A DNA stretch of 64,000 nucleotides from Camelus ferus (Eukaryota), in contig NC_045697.1 in the NCBI RefSeq assembly GCF_009834535.1, positions 22,942,001 through 23,006,000 on the forward strand, in the 5' to 3' direction. A program made the translations under genes and the position numbers. The notes below the pieces were generated by a model, which worked only from the letters and a program-made list of their open reading frames with translations, did no database searches and was not told where the DNA came from. Shown here one piece after another: positions 25,040 to 37,065 of this stretch (its first letter is position 1; every line of letters begins with the position of its first letter).

Positions 25040-27530
25040 TTATATTCTGGCCTGGAGCAATGGTAAATCCTATTTGATGGCACCTAGATCTCAAATTTTC
25101 TCTAGACTTTTCATACATGATGTGACATCTATGAAAGATTTACCAAACATTGCAGGGGAAGATAAACCCATGATTGGAAACCAGAAGATGAAAAGCAGAC
25201 AACAGAGACAGACTCACAAGTGACTGGAGTCTTCTAAGATATGTACATGGAATTAATAAAAGATAAATGAAACTATACATAAAAAAATCAAATTATTGTA
25301 ATGAAAAATACTTTTTCAGATTAAGGATTTAGTGAATAAGCTTAATAACATATTAATCATAGCTGAATAAATGATTAGTAAACTGGATGATAGATCAGAA
25401 AAAAACAAGGACTGAAACATGTTGAAAAATAATTTTAAAAATTCACAATTATCGTAAGTGACATAGTGAAGAAATTTACTTTACGGGAAATTTGAGTACT
25501 GCTTACCTTGAGCAATGAAGAGAGAGAGAAAAAATAAGATAGAGAGAGAGGGAGAATCAGAAGCAATATTTTAAAAGCTAATGGTGCAGACATTGTGGAA
25601 AACAGGATGGAGATTCCTCAAAAGACTGAAAATAGACTTACCATGTGATCCAGCAATCTCACTCCTGGGCATATATCTAGAGGGAACCTAAATTCAAAAA
25701 AGACACTTGCACTCCAATGTTGATAGCAGCACTGTTTACAATAGCCAAGACATGGAAACAACCTAAATGTCCATTGACAGATGACTGGATAAAGAAGTTA
25801 TAGTGTATTTATACAATGAAATACTACTCAGCCATAAAAAAAGAATAAAATAATGCCACTTGCAGCAACATGAATGGCCCTGAAGGATGTCATTCTAAGT
25901 GAAGTAAGCCAGAAAAAGAAAGAAAAATACCATATGATATCACTCATATGTGGACTCTAAAAAAAAAAAGACAAGAGAACTTATTTATAAAATAGAAATG
26001 GACTCACAGACATAGAAAACAAACTTATGGTTACCAGAGGGGAAGAGGGTAGGAAGGAATAAATTGGGAGCTCAAGATTTGCAGATACTGACTGATATAT
26101 ATAAAATAGATAAGCAAGTGTATACTATATAGCACAGGGAACTATATTTTATATCTTGTAGTAGCTTATTGTGAAAAAGGATATGAAAACAAATATATGT
26201 ATATTCATGTATGGCTGAAGCACTGTGCTATACACCAGAAATTGACACAACATTGTAAACTGACTATACTTCAATTAAAAAAAAATGTTAAAAGCTAATG
26301 GGTGAAAATATTGCAATTGATGACATAGATTAAGCCACATGTTTAAAAAAAAAACTGTAAACCCCAAGTGTGAAAATACACAAAAAACATGTGCACCCAG
26401 GAAAATAGCAGTAAATTTGCTGAAAATTAAAGACAAAAAGAAAGCTTTTCAAAAAAAGAAGACAAAATAATAACTATCTTCAACAAATCAGCCATGAGGC
26501 TGAAAGCTCATTTAATAAACAGAATTAAGAAAAAGACACATGAAATGAACTTTTTGCTGTTCTGAGAAAATACCTGCTGAACTAGAATTCTGCAACCACA
26601 AAAATTTACATAAAATTGAAAGAAAAATAAAAACTTGTTTATACACATATTGAAAGAGATTATCATTAATGAACACTGTAAATAATAATAAAATGAGTTT
26701 TTCAAGAAGAATGATTATAATGATCTTGGGTCAAACTACAGAAATGCAGGAAGAAATAAAGAGCAATACAGAGTGGTAAAAAATAAATCTAAGTAAATAT
26801 TGATGCAATAATAGCAACTTAACAGAGTTTAAATATATCTACAGTTTAAAGTCATGAGAACAACATAATGGTTTTATGTTCTTTGCATCACCTTGAACGT
26901 TGTTAAAAGACTAATTAAAAATACACTTGAGTTAATAAAGAATCTTGCATGTTTTAGGGTAGCTGCAAGTAGGATAATATATTTTAAAAGTATATGTATT
27001 AAATTAATAGAATAAAACTAATAGAGTAAAAACTAAAAGAGTGAAAAATGGGATTATAAATAATGTAATTTAATCCACAAAAGATAAGAAATGAGAGAAA
27101 CCAGAGACTTAAACAAGGTTGACAATTTTTAATTGTATTGTATAAACTAAACCAGATTCTTCAATTGAATGCACATTATAGATACCAATATGAAAGGCAA
27201 AACAATAGATTTTTCAAAAGAGTACATAGGGAATAACTTCATGAACTTGGGTGTAGAAAATACTTCCTAAGTCACTTGGGACATTAACCATAAATTAAGA
27301 GATTGATTAATTGGTCTCCAATAAAATTAGAGACTTCTGTTTATTATAAGACACACTTAAGACAGTGAAAAGTGAACCACAAAGTAGGAGACGATATTTG
27401 CATTAAACATAACCAAAGATACTACAAATCAATTTTGAAAAAGAAAGCCAGTTCAATTAACAATAGATACAAAAGACTTAGGCACATCACAAGAGGAGTG
27501 CTATGGCCAGATTATGAAATATAAAGTATC
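25040..27530 (+). mobile_element. Ancient L1 (ORF1/inter-ORF region and an ORF2 piece), split by a young L1
   Basis: ORF1-like relics 'agctgaataaatgattagtaaactggatgatagatcagaa', 'gaagcaatattt', 'ctagaattctgcaaccac'; ORF2 piece at 27180-27500. Confidence 0.7.
25585..26287 (+). mobile_element. Camelid-type LINE-1 3' end with perfect 14-bp TSD
   Basis: TSD ttaaaagctaatgg at 25571-25584 and 26288-26301; 3' UTR 'ccagaaattgacacaacattgtaaactgactatacttcaattaaaaaaaaa'. Confidence 0.97.
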
Positions 27531-28273
27531 TAGTGAAGATATGTTTTCCTATGTGTGCCAAAAATATTATTTTGCTTGACTACATTTTGATATTCCATAG
27601 GATGATCATTTACATATTTGATGGTAGTTAAGATAATTTGTCAGGTTATGCATAGCATCCTTTAAAGTCGGGAGAGGAATATTGATTTTCCTTTTTTCTC
27701 TTTTAGCTCTAAAAATGGTACCAGGAGTATTTCATTCACTTCTTTGGGGGGTCTCAAACATTTGCAACTTGTGCTAATGGCATGGTTAAGTTTCTCTGAT
27801 TTAAAGAGAGGTCATATAGAAAGATAGACATTCTTCATTCTTGAAAGGACTGTCCCAACCATCTCTCCCTGAAAACAAGGATAGTTTGGATTTGCCAATG
27901 CTTTTAGTTCCTTTGAAATATCTCAGTGTTGCTCAACTACAGCAAAAGTGAAAATGCTAGGCTCTCTACCAGGGCTTCTGCATTACTGTGGCAGTTTTCT
28001 CTTGCTTAGACATTTGGCTGCATCTGCTTTATCTGTGAAGTATCTTAAGTGATCCTTCCCAGTGGCACAAGATGGTGACTAGGATGACCTTCTGAGTAGG
28101 TTTTGGTGCAGATAAGTGCATATCTCTTTAAAAATCTGCATTTTTTTACATTTGTGTACCCCTCAGCTGAGGCTGGCATACCTCATAATATAATTGAATT
28201 TTATTTTAAATGTATTAAAAATTAAATTTGATTCATTATAGTGTTTTTGATGTATTAATTTCAAACTATTTTT

Positions 28274-28394
28274 TTTGGTGGGGGGAGGTAATTAAGTTAC
28301 TTATTTATTTATTCTTTGAGGAAGTACTGGGGATTGAGCCCAGAACCTTCATGCATGCTAATACACTGTACCACCTGAGCTATATTCTCCCCCC
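28274..28394 (-). mobile_element. tRNA-derived SINE, camelid type (Vic-1-like), with 17-bp TSD
   Basis: Minus strand reads 'ggggggagaatatagctcaggtggtacagtg..tagcatgcatgaaggttctgggctcaatccccagtac..aataaataaa..taattacctcccccc-aaaa', with Pol III A and B boxes. Perfect TSD aatttcaaactattttt at 28257-28273 and 28395-28411. Confidence 0.95.
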
Positions 28395-28993
28395 AATTTC
28401 AAACTATTTTTAAATGGAATTATAGCAGAATTAAATTTAAATGAAGGTGTTTTATATATTTTATATTAATACTTAAAAATATAAACATCAAAGAAATATT
28501 CACTGAGCCATGAGTAGTATCTGCTATATTAAATGCACATATACATATTTCAAAAAATAACTAAATTATGTCCTACTAATGCTCGTAAAGGGAATAGCAA
28601 TTAGCAAGTTAACTATTGAATTGCTATTGGACTTCTCTAAGGCTAAGGAATTTGCTAGCTATACAAAGAATGCTCTAGCATTTTACAAGTCTGAATTTAT
28701 TACCAGTGAACGCAGCTAAGAAAACACATTTTTATCTTTTGACATTTAATCAAGCCAGAAGTTTTTATTTATACAAACCATTACATACATTGGGAAAGTT
28801 CTTCTTCTCTCACAGTGAAATTAACCACAGTATGGTCTTTAGGAATAACATAATTAGGCAGGCATACAGATATTTCAGATATGTGAAATGAAAGGGAAAG
28901 AAGAAAGGAAAATGTCCTAGTATAATGGAATATTTACTATGTGGCCTTGACTGAGTTAGGTATGTATGCATTTTTAAGACAATATTTAAACAT

Positions 28994-30268
28994 TAAGACC
29001 TGAAACTAAAACTCCTAGAAGGAAACTTAGGAAAAAAGCTCCTTGACATAGATCTTGGCAACAAATTTTTGTTTGTTTTTAGTGACATCTAAAGGACAAG
29101 CAAAAGACAAAAATCAACAAGAGGGACTACATCAATCTAAGAAACTTCTGCACAACAAAAGATACCATTAACAAAATGAAAAGGCAACCTATAGAATTGG
29201 AGAAAATATTTGCAAACCATATATCTATCTGATAAGGAGTTAATATCCAAAATATATAAAGGGCTCATACAATAGCAAAAAAAAAAAAAAAAAACCCAAA
29301 AAAACAAAACAAAACAATTCTACTACAAAATTGGCAGAGAAACTGAATAGACATTTCTCCAAAGAAGACATACAACTGGCTAACAAGTATAGGAGAAAAT
29401 GCTCAACATCACAAATTATCAGAGAAATGCAAATCAAAATCACTGTATTTCACATCTTTTAGAGTGGCTCTCATCAAGAAGACAAGAGGTGACAGTGTTG
29501 GTGAGAATGTAAAAACCTTGTGTCCTGTGGGTGAGAATATAAATTAGGGCAGCTGCTATGGAAAGCAGTATAAAGATTCCTCAAAAAAATAAAAACAGGA
29601 CTGCCATGTGATCCAACAATCCCACTTCTGAGTATATATCCAAAGGAAGTAAAAATGAGATAGCAAAAAGATATCTGCATTCTTCTACTCATTGCATCAT
29701 CATCAGTCAGAATAGCGAAGATGGGGGAACAGCCTAAGTGTCTGTTAGTGGATGAATGGAAAAGAAGCTGTGGTATGTGTAAACAATGGAACATTATTCA
29801 GCCATGAGAAGGGGGGAAATCCTGTCATTTGCAATAACATAAATGTTGAAGGCATTATGCTAAGTGAGAGAAGTCCAACAGAGAAAGATAAATATTGTAT
29901 GATACCACTTGTATGTGGAATCTATGTTTTAGATTCTCATAGAAATACAGAATAGAGTTCACCAGCACTGGAGGGTAAGGGAATGGGGAAGACATTGGTC
30001 AAAGTGCACACTATTGTTACTAGCAGATGACTAAGTTCTGGGAACTGAAGCACAGCATTGTGATTGCAGTCAACAATAATCAGTATAAAGTTGCTAAGAG
30101 ACAAGAGCTTATGTTTTCTCACCACAAAATGAAATGATAATTATATAATGTGATGGTGGTGTTAACGAATGCTATGGTGGTAATCATTTTGCAATACTTA
30201 AATGTATCAAATCAATAGGGTGTATGTTTTAAACTTTCAAAATTATATGTCAATTATATCTCAATAAA
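28994..30268 (+). mobile_element. L1MA9-like LINE-1 3' portion, inserted into an antisense MIR
   Basis: ORF2 C-terminal relic plus 3' UTR 'tggtggtaatcattttgcaata..atgtatcaaatca..tatatgtcaattatatctcaataaaaa'. TSD aatatt(t/a)aaacat at 28981-28993 and 30269-30281. MIR halves at ~28920-28980 and ~30285-30400. Confidence 0.92.
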
Positions 30269-31017
30269 AATATTAAAACATCATGAAGTATTTGTCAGTT
30301 TCCTAAGGAGCCAAAAAATCAGAAATCTTTTGTAGCTTGCTCAAAGTTACACAGCTAATATGTAGGACACTGGATTTTAACTTCAAAACCTATTAATTTT
30401 TTTTATTGCATCTTTTAAACTATCTTCTGTTCATCTGTGTATTGACAAATAGAATATGGATATGCATTACCCTAATGATGGAATATCTTGTTGAATTATT
30501 TTTCTTTTAAACTGGTAGCATTTAAATTGAAAGTTATTAATCTTTATTTATTATTTCAAAAATATTTCTCATTGATTAATATTGCTCATTTCAATGGATT
30601 CATTAAAAATTAGTTTAATTCAGTGTCAACAAATATTAATTGAGTTTGTTTACAAAATTTTATTAGTAATTTCTAAATAAAAGCTGTTCATTTTTCAAAA
30701 TGATCCAGTTTTTATATAAAGGGGTTCTTTTAAAGAGATATTTTATAAGGCTAAGAGGACATTCCTATTTTATGCTCTATTTGTTGCATAACACAGCATG
30801 TAAATGAGCAGTTAATCATTCACACAAGTGGACAATATTATTTTGACAAATAAACTGATGCACCTACTGTGCACAGAATATTTTACAAAGCCATTTGTGT
30901 CTCCAAAAGCAAAACAATTAATTCTGCCCTCAGCACAGCTTATGAGAGAATATCTACAAACGTATCCATTCATGATGATATACAGTGGAAATGTTTGCAT
31001 TAAAAAATAAGCTTATG

Positions 31018-32049
31018 TCTATTTTCTGTGTCTGTGAGCCTGTTTCTTTGTGAATAAGTTCATTTGTATCATTTTTTTAGATTCCACATATAAGTAGTAT
31101 TATGTTGTCTTTGTCTGATTTACTTCACTTAGTATGATAATCTCTAGGTCCATCCACGTTGCTGCAAATGGCATCATTTCATTCTTTTTATGGCTGAGTA
31201 ATATTCCATTCTATATATATACACTACATCTTCTTTATCCAACCACCCATCGATGGACATTTAGGTTGCTTCCATGTCTTGACTATTCTAAATAGTGCTG
31301 CTATGAACGTTGGGGTGTATGTATCTTTTCAAATTACAGTCCCCTCTGGATATATGCCCAGGAGTGGGATTGATAGATTATATGGTAAATCTACTTTTAG
31401 TTTTTTAAGGAATCTCCCTACTGTTTTCCATAGTGGCTGCACGAAACTACATTCCCACCAACAGGGTAAGAGGGTTTCTTTTTCTTCATACCCTCTCCAG
31501 TATTTATCATTTGTAGACTTTTTAACGACAGCCATTCTGACTGGTGTGAGGTCATTGTAGTTTTGATTTGCATTTCTCTGATAATTAGCAAGATTGATCA
31601 TTTATTTATATGCTGAAATGTCTATTTAGGTCTTCATTGGAGAAATGTCTGTTTAGGTCTTCTGACCATTTTTTGATTTTTTTTTTTAAGTTGTATGAGC
31701 TGTTTCTATACTCTGGAATTTAATCTTTTTTCAGTCACATCATTTGCAAATATTTTCTCCTAGTCCATAGCTTGTCTCTTGGCGGAAAAGTTGGGGAGAG
31801 ATAAATTAGGAGTTTGAGATTAGTAGACACAGACTACTATATATGAAATAAATAAACAGTAAGGTCCTACTGTATAGCACAGGGAACTATATTTGATATC
31901 TTACAATAAGCTATAATGAAAAAGAATATGAAAAAGGATATGTATGTATATAACTAAATCACTTTGATATATACCACAAACTAAGACAACATTGTAACTC
32001 AACTATACTTCAATAAAAAAAGTTATCAAAAAAGATTCTGTTGAATTAA
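31018..32049 (+). mobile_element. 5'-inverted LINE-1 (31018-31780 antisense; 31781-32021 sense)
   Basis: TSD aaaaaataagc(t/a)tatg at 31002-31017 and 32050-32065. The antisense part encodes the ORF2 C-terminus (ORF 31329-31601 '[19 protein letters not shown]'); the sense part is the remaining 3' UTR. Confidence 0.93.
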
Positions 32050-33893
32050 AAAAAATAAGCATATGAAGCATGATGACATGTTAGGAGAGATAAATACAAT
32101 ATCATGGAGGAAATAATGTTTAGCTGGTAAAAGCATGGGTAGAATTTCATCATGAAAACTTGTATCAAAGGGTAAGGATGAGGAAATCATATATGTTAGA
32201 GATAAACATTCAGGTTCTGTATAAATATTGTAATGAATTCAACATGGCTATACTAAAGATGAAAAGTGAAAAATCAGATAGAAAACATACAAAACCAAAT
32301 CAAAGTGGGCTGTTACACATAAACATCTCTCTCAAACATTTTAGCTGAATATAGGAAGTATAATTCTCATATGACTTGACGGAAATATCCATTTGAATCT
32401 CTTATTATAACTTTCTAAAATTATAGTTTTCTTTCAATCTCTGAAGAAACATTTATGGAAACATTTTTAAACAGAGCAAGGCAATAGAATTCTTCAGCAA
32501 GATCTTTTAGAATATTCTATGTTCAACACATAACTTATCAAATGGCCTCTATAATAAGCCAACTTACCTCTGGTTTGTCGGTATAAGATGTGATTATGAT
32601 CCACTGAGCCTCATTTTAACTTGAAGTTGGGCCATATCCATACTGTGGATCTTTTTAATAGAACGTTTGAAACATAAATATTAACACACTCTTTAGACAT
32701 CCAAATTTGTCTATAGCATTTCTAAAGGACTTGCTGGAAACCATAGTAAGGTGCAAAGCATGAGCTCCAATCAGCTTTGCATTGTGCTTATTTTAAATCT
32801 GCACAGCTAGGTAATTTGCAGATTGTTCTGTTAAACTCACAACTTGAAACAATGGTTTTAATTTGTATGTGTTGAATAAAGGCTTCCCAAAGAAATTATT
32901 TCAAATGTTTTTATTTCCGGTGATAGAGTTAAGGTAAAAATAATTAACAAACATAATCAATTAGGTTTAGTTATCCTGACTTTATTAAATAACCAGAAGA
33001 ATATTAAATTTATCTTAAAAATGAGATAATATTTTTGGTTTTATAAGGCTAATTTATTTGGAAAAATGGTTGATTTAAGAACAGATGAAAGGGAATGTGA
33101 CATCAGGTTCATTCAATCTGAACTTAATTGGCATTAAAAAATACTACAAAATGTGCTAAAAGATTGTTACAACAGAATAACTGAACCATTTTTAACAGGA
33201 ATAAAATGGTGATATAACTTCAGAAAACTTAAGTTGAAAATGGAATATACAGGTTAAAAATATTTATATATTAAAGATACCACCTTTATTCTTGATAGCT
33301 ACTTTTATTCTTATCTCCAAATCATACCAGAATATGAAGACAACTTCAGGAAAATGACAGGATCTAGAAAGTATGATTATATAAAGCTAAATGTATTTAC
33401 TTACTGATCATTGACTTTTAGAAATGAATGAAAACAGGAAATTACTTTCTATATAGTACAAATTAAGTAACTATTCTGTCTGGGGTGGTATAATCTGCCC
33501 CATCCTCATTCTGCTTCTGGGAGGAAGTGTGGGAAGGGATTCAGGAGGTTTCTAGGCTGTCTAGAGTCATGAAGTTAATTCTATGAAGTTAATCTAATTT
33601 CCTTGCTTGTTGCTCCTAATGAATTTTTGTTTATGTTGGTTCTTTTAGTGGTTTAATTGTGCTGTATCCCATATTGCCTCTGGCTTTTTTTCATGTTGCC
33701 TCTTACTCCCAGAATTCCCTCCCTTGTTTTCCTCTTTTTATTAGATGCTATTTATTTTTGAGGTCCCAACTCTAGTCTCGCATATTCTGTGGTATTTTGA
33801 CTACCCGGTAATAATTCTTTTTTGAAAGAATCTTAATTTCTATTTCTCACCATCCTGCTGTTCCATGAGCCAGCCACATATCCTTAATGTCTT

Positions 33894-34183
33894 TTACTGA
33901 GTTGTAATTGACATGTAATACTGTATTAGTTTTAGGAGTACAACATAATGATTTGATATAGGTATATATTACAAAATGATTACCACAATAAATTAACATC
34001 CATCACCACACATAGTTACACATTTTGTTTTCTTGTAGTGACAATTTTTAAGATCTACTCTTAGCAACCTTCAAATATATGATGACATATATTTATATGT
34101 TAGCATTGTTAACTATAGTCACCATGATCTACATTGTATCTCCAGGATATATTTATCCTATAACTGGAAGTTTGTACCTTTTG
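33894..34183 (-). mobile_element. L1MA9-like 3' end
   Basis: 'tacaacataatgatttgata..aaatgattaccacaataa..aacatccatcacc..taagatctactcttagcaac..taactggaagtttgtaccttttg'; candidate TSD atgtctt at 33887-33893 and 34184-34190. Confidence 0.9.
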
Positions 34184-34659
34184 ATGTCTTCAATATTAAT
34201 AACAACTAACTTTTAAATAGATACTACTTTATTCTCTTTCTCTTTCTCTGTGTGTGTAGTTATGTGTGTGTATCTTTCATTTTTATGTTCATAATTTATA
34301 TTCAATTTATATTCAAATATAAAGCCATAGGGCAGTGCCAAAGCATCTCAGAGAAAATCCCAGGGTCTAGGTTGGCTGTTTAATAGGAGAAATTCTGGTT
34401 CCCATATTTAACATTTCACTTTGGCCTGATGCTTATTTCTTGTTTGAAGAAAGATCTTCGTAATCTAAAAACTTCTTGTGTATCATATTTATTGTGACCA
34501 ACAAATATTTAAGGAAGCTGATGATTAGCTGCAAACCCTTTAAAGACAAGAGTCATGTCCAGGCATTGCTTTCATTGTTTATTGACCACGTTGTAACTGT
34601 AGGATATTGGAGACAAAAAGAGCATTGTTAACACTGTAGATAGAATACAATTCAGGAGA

Positions 34660-34830
34660 TATAATTTGAACTTTAGATTCAGGCAAGACATGATTTCAGA
34701 GCCAGCTTCTTACTTACTGTCTGTGTGAATATAAGATGAATATTAAAATATCTAAACCTCAGTTTCCTATAAAGAGAAATTAAGGCATTATTTCTATGTC
34801 ATATATTATTGCAAAGGTTCAATTTTATAA
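34660..34830 (+). mobile_element. MIR SINE
   Basis: 'actttagattcaggcaagac..acttactgtctgtgtga..tctaaacctcagtttcct'. Confidence 0.7.
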
Positions 34831-36302
34831 GTAAAACATAAACTTCCAAATTTATTAAAAGCAGTGTAAATTTTCTGTCCTCTGCACTAGCATTTTCTTC
34901 ATCTTTGGACTTAAGAAAATGTTGGAAAATGTAAAATAAGAGAAGGAAATATACATATGATGAACTTGAAGAGATTTTTCAGCTTTGTAGGTTTTCTTAA
35001 ACAAAATAAGAGTTCTTTGTTAAGATCACTGGGTTTCTTATCAGATCCTTGATATGAGGCCAATGGAACTATCAAATAAGCCATTTTATTTTAAAGATAA
35101 ATATACCTTTTTTTCAGTATTAACTGGAATATTCCTCCCAATTAACCCTGAATATGGATTCCTTAAATAAACAGTTCAGTCACTTTTGTTTGGGTCTGCA
35201 GAATATAGCTTAGTTTAGTAACTAAACACTTATAGTACTATAGAACTGTATTTTAGAGATATTTTTCATAACAAAATAGAATTATATTAAAATAAAGGTA
35301 TCTTTTATCAGTTAATGTATATATATTCATATACATCTCTGAATATAGAGAAATCTATGTCACAGTAGTGTAGAAAGGATGCCATCATAAAAATGGCTAT
35401 CAGTTTTTGCTTGCATAGTCAAATCATTTACTTTTGGTTTTTTTCTTATAATCACTTACAGACTAAGTCTGGTTACTATGCTAAACAAAGTGTCTGTACT
35501 TGTATTCAAATTCAAAAATGGACACCACCTAATGTGTTCAAAAATGTATTGTTTTGGAGATTATACAGATATAAAAACATTATAAAATACTAGCAAGTCA
35601 TTAAACAGTATGTTACTTTTATTCCTTTTTGATATTTCTGTATTTTTCAGTTGTATAATTGCATTATTGCTATTATTTTGTCACTCTTTTCTCTGCTTTC
35701 ATTAAGAGTCACAATATATTCATACTAATGGGTTTTATTTGCTTCACTGGCTGTGTCACTCAGAGAGTTTAATTTAACTCATATGTTTCCATTTACTTCA
35801 AAGACTAACCTTTATCACATCGTTTTCTTTCATACTTAGAGATCAACATTTGTAGAGAAGGGTTATTTTGTTTTCAGTAAACATGAAATAAATTCTGAAA
35901 AGAATGTGATTACAAGCTCCAATTCTATTTTATTACACTTGTGAAAGTCAGACGTTATTAAATATGTGACTTCTATTTTCATCCCAAGAGAAATGAATTA
36001 AAGGAGTAACAATGCTTATTTGTTGAGAATTTATTATACATATATTCAGTTCACAGCAATCTTTATGCTGTGACTACTTAATTAACACAAAGGAAAATAC
36101 TGTGAATTTAAATATTTAAAGAAAAAAATCCAATTGCTTAATGTCAATAAACTTCGTAAAAATTTGGTGTATTTCTTGAGTGTATTACTTATTATAAGCC
36201 TAATACCACAGTAATCATGTTGTTGATATGAACCTTTTGCTCCTACTAAACACAGTAAGGAAGCCCTTTTTTTAATCATCAATTAAAATGTTGTCTAATA
36301 TA

Positions 36303-36750
36303 CTTAGCCACAAAAAAAATGGAATAATGCCACTTGCAGCAACATGGATAGACCTAAAGATTATCATATTGAGTGAAGTAAGCTGAGAAAGACAAATATC
36401 ATACAATATCACTTAGATGTGGAATCTTGAAAAAGTGATACAAATTCTATTTACAAACCAAAAACAGACTCACGGACATAGAAAACAAACTATGGTTACA
36501 AAAGGGGAAAGGGCAGGGAGGGATAAATTAGGGGGTGGGGATTGATAGACACTCATTACTATATATAAAATAGATAAACAACAAGGGCCTACTGTATAGC
36601 ACAGGGAATTATATTCAATTTCTTGTAATAACATATAATGGAAAAGAATATGAAAATAAAGTAATGTATATATATATGTATAATTGAATCACTTTGCTGT
36701 ACATCTGAAACTAACATTGTAAATCAACTATACTTTAATAATTTTTTTAA
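36303..36750 (+). mobile_element. LINE-1 3' end (cetartiodactyl/camelid type) with 11-bp TSD
   Basis: TSD tgtctaatata at 36292-36302 and 36751-36761; 'gcagcaacatggatagaccta..cctactgtatagcacagggaa..gtaaatcaactatactt'. Confidence 0.95.
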
Positions 36751-36944
36751 TGTCTAATATAATTCTTAGTACTGAAAAAAAAAAGAGGGGAAAAATGTAA
36801 TATGCCATCCAAAGTGTTTATGTCTTAGTGAGCAACAATAATCATTCAAATCAGTGGAATATTTGTTAATTAACTACATATTCACAACCAACTATATTGA
36901 TAATCTATAAAGGTTGTGAAAAACTTGATTATTGTTTTATTTAT

Positions 36945-37065
36945 TTTATTTATTAAGTCAGTATTTATTGAGTATTTAATATGTGCCAGGTATTTTTCTG
37001 GATGCTAATGATAGTGAACAGAACAGACCAAATATTTTGCCTTCAATTCCTCTCCAGTGGAAAAT
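36945..37065 (-). mobile_element. L2 3' end
   Basis: 'gtatttattgagtatttaatatgtgccagg..gtgaacagaacagac'. Confidence 0.8.

Noticed and set aside
27707..27784. Plus-strand exon after a strong polypyrimidine tract ('ttttccttttttctcttttag')
   Set aside because: Weak donor (atg|gttaag), unrecognised peptide, and no partner exons.
28320..28394. tRNA gene
   Set aside because: The tRNA-like head belongs to a SINE, as shown by the tail and TSD; no intact cloverleaf.
32568..32733. Minus-strand exon ending at gag|gtaagt
   Set aside because: The acceptor is mediocre and all frames are closed; isolated consensus donors are frequent by chance.
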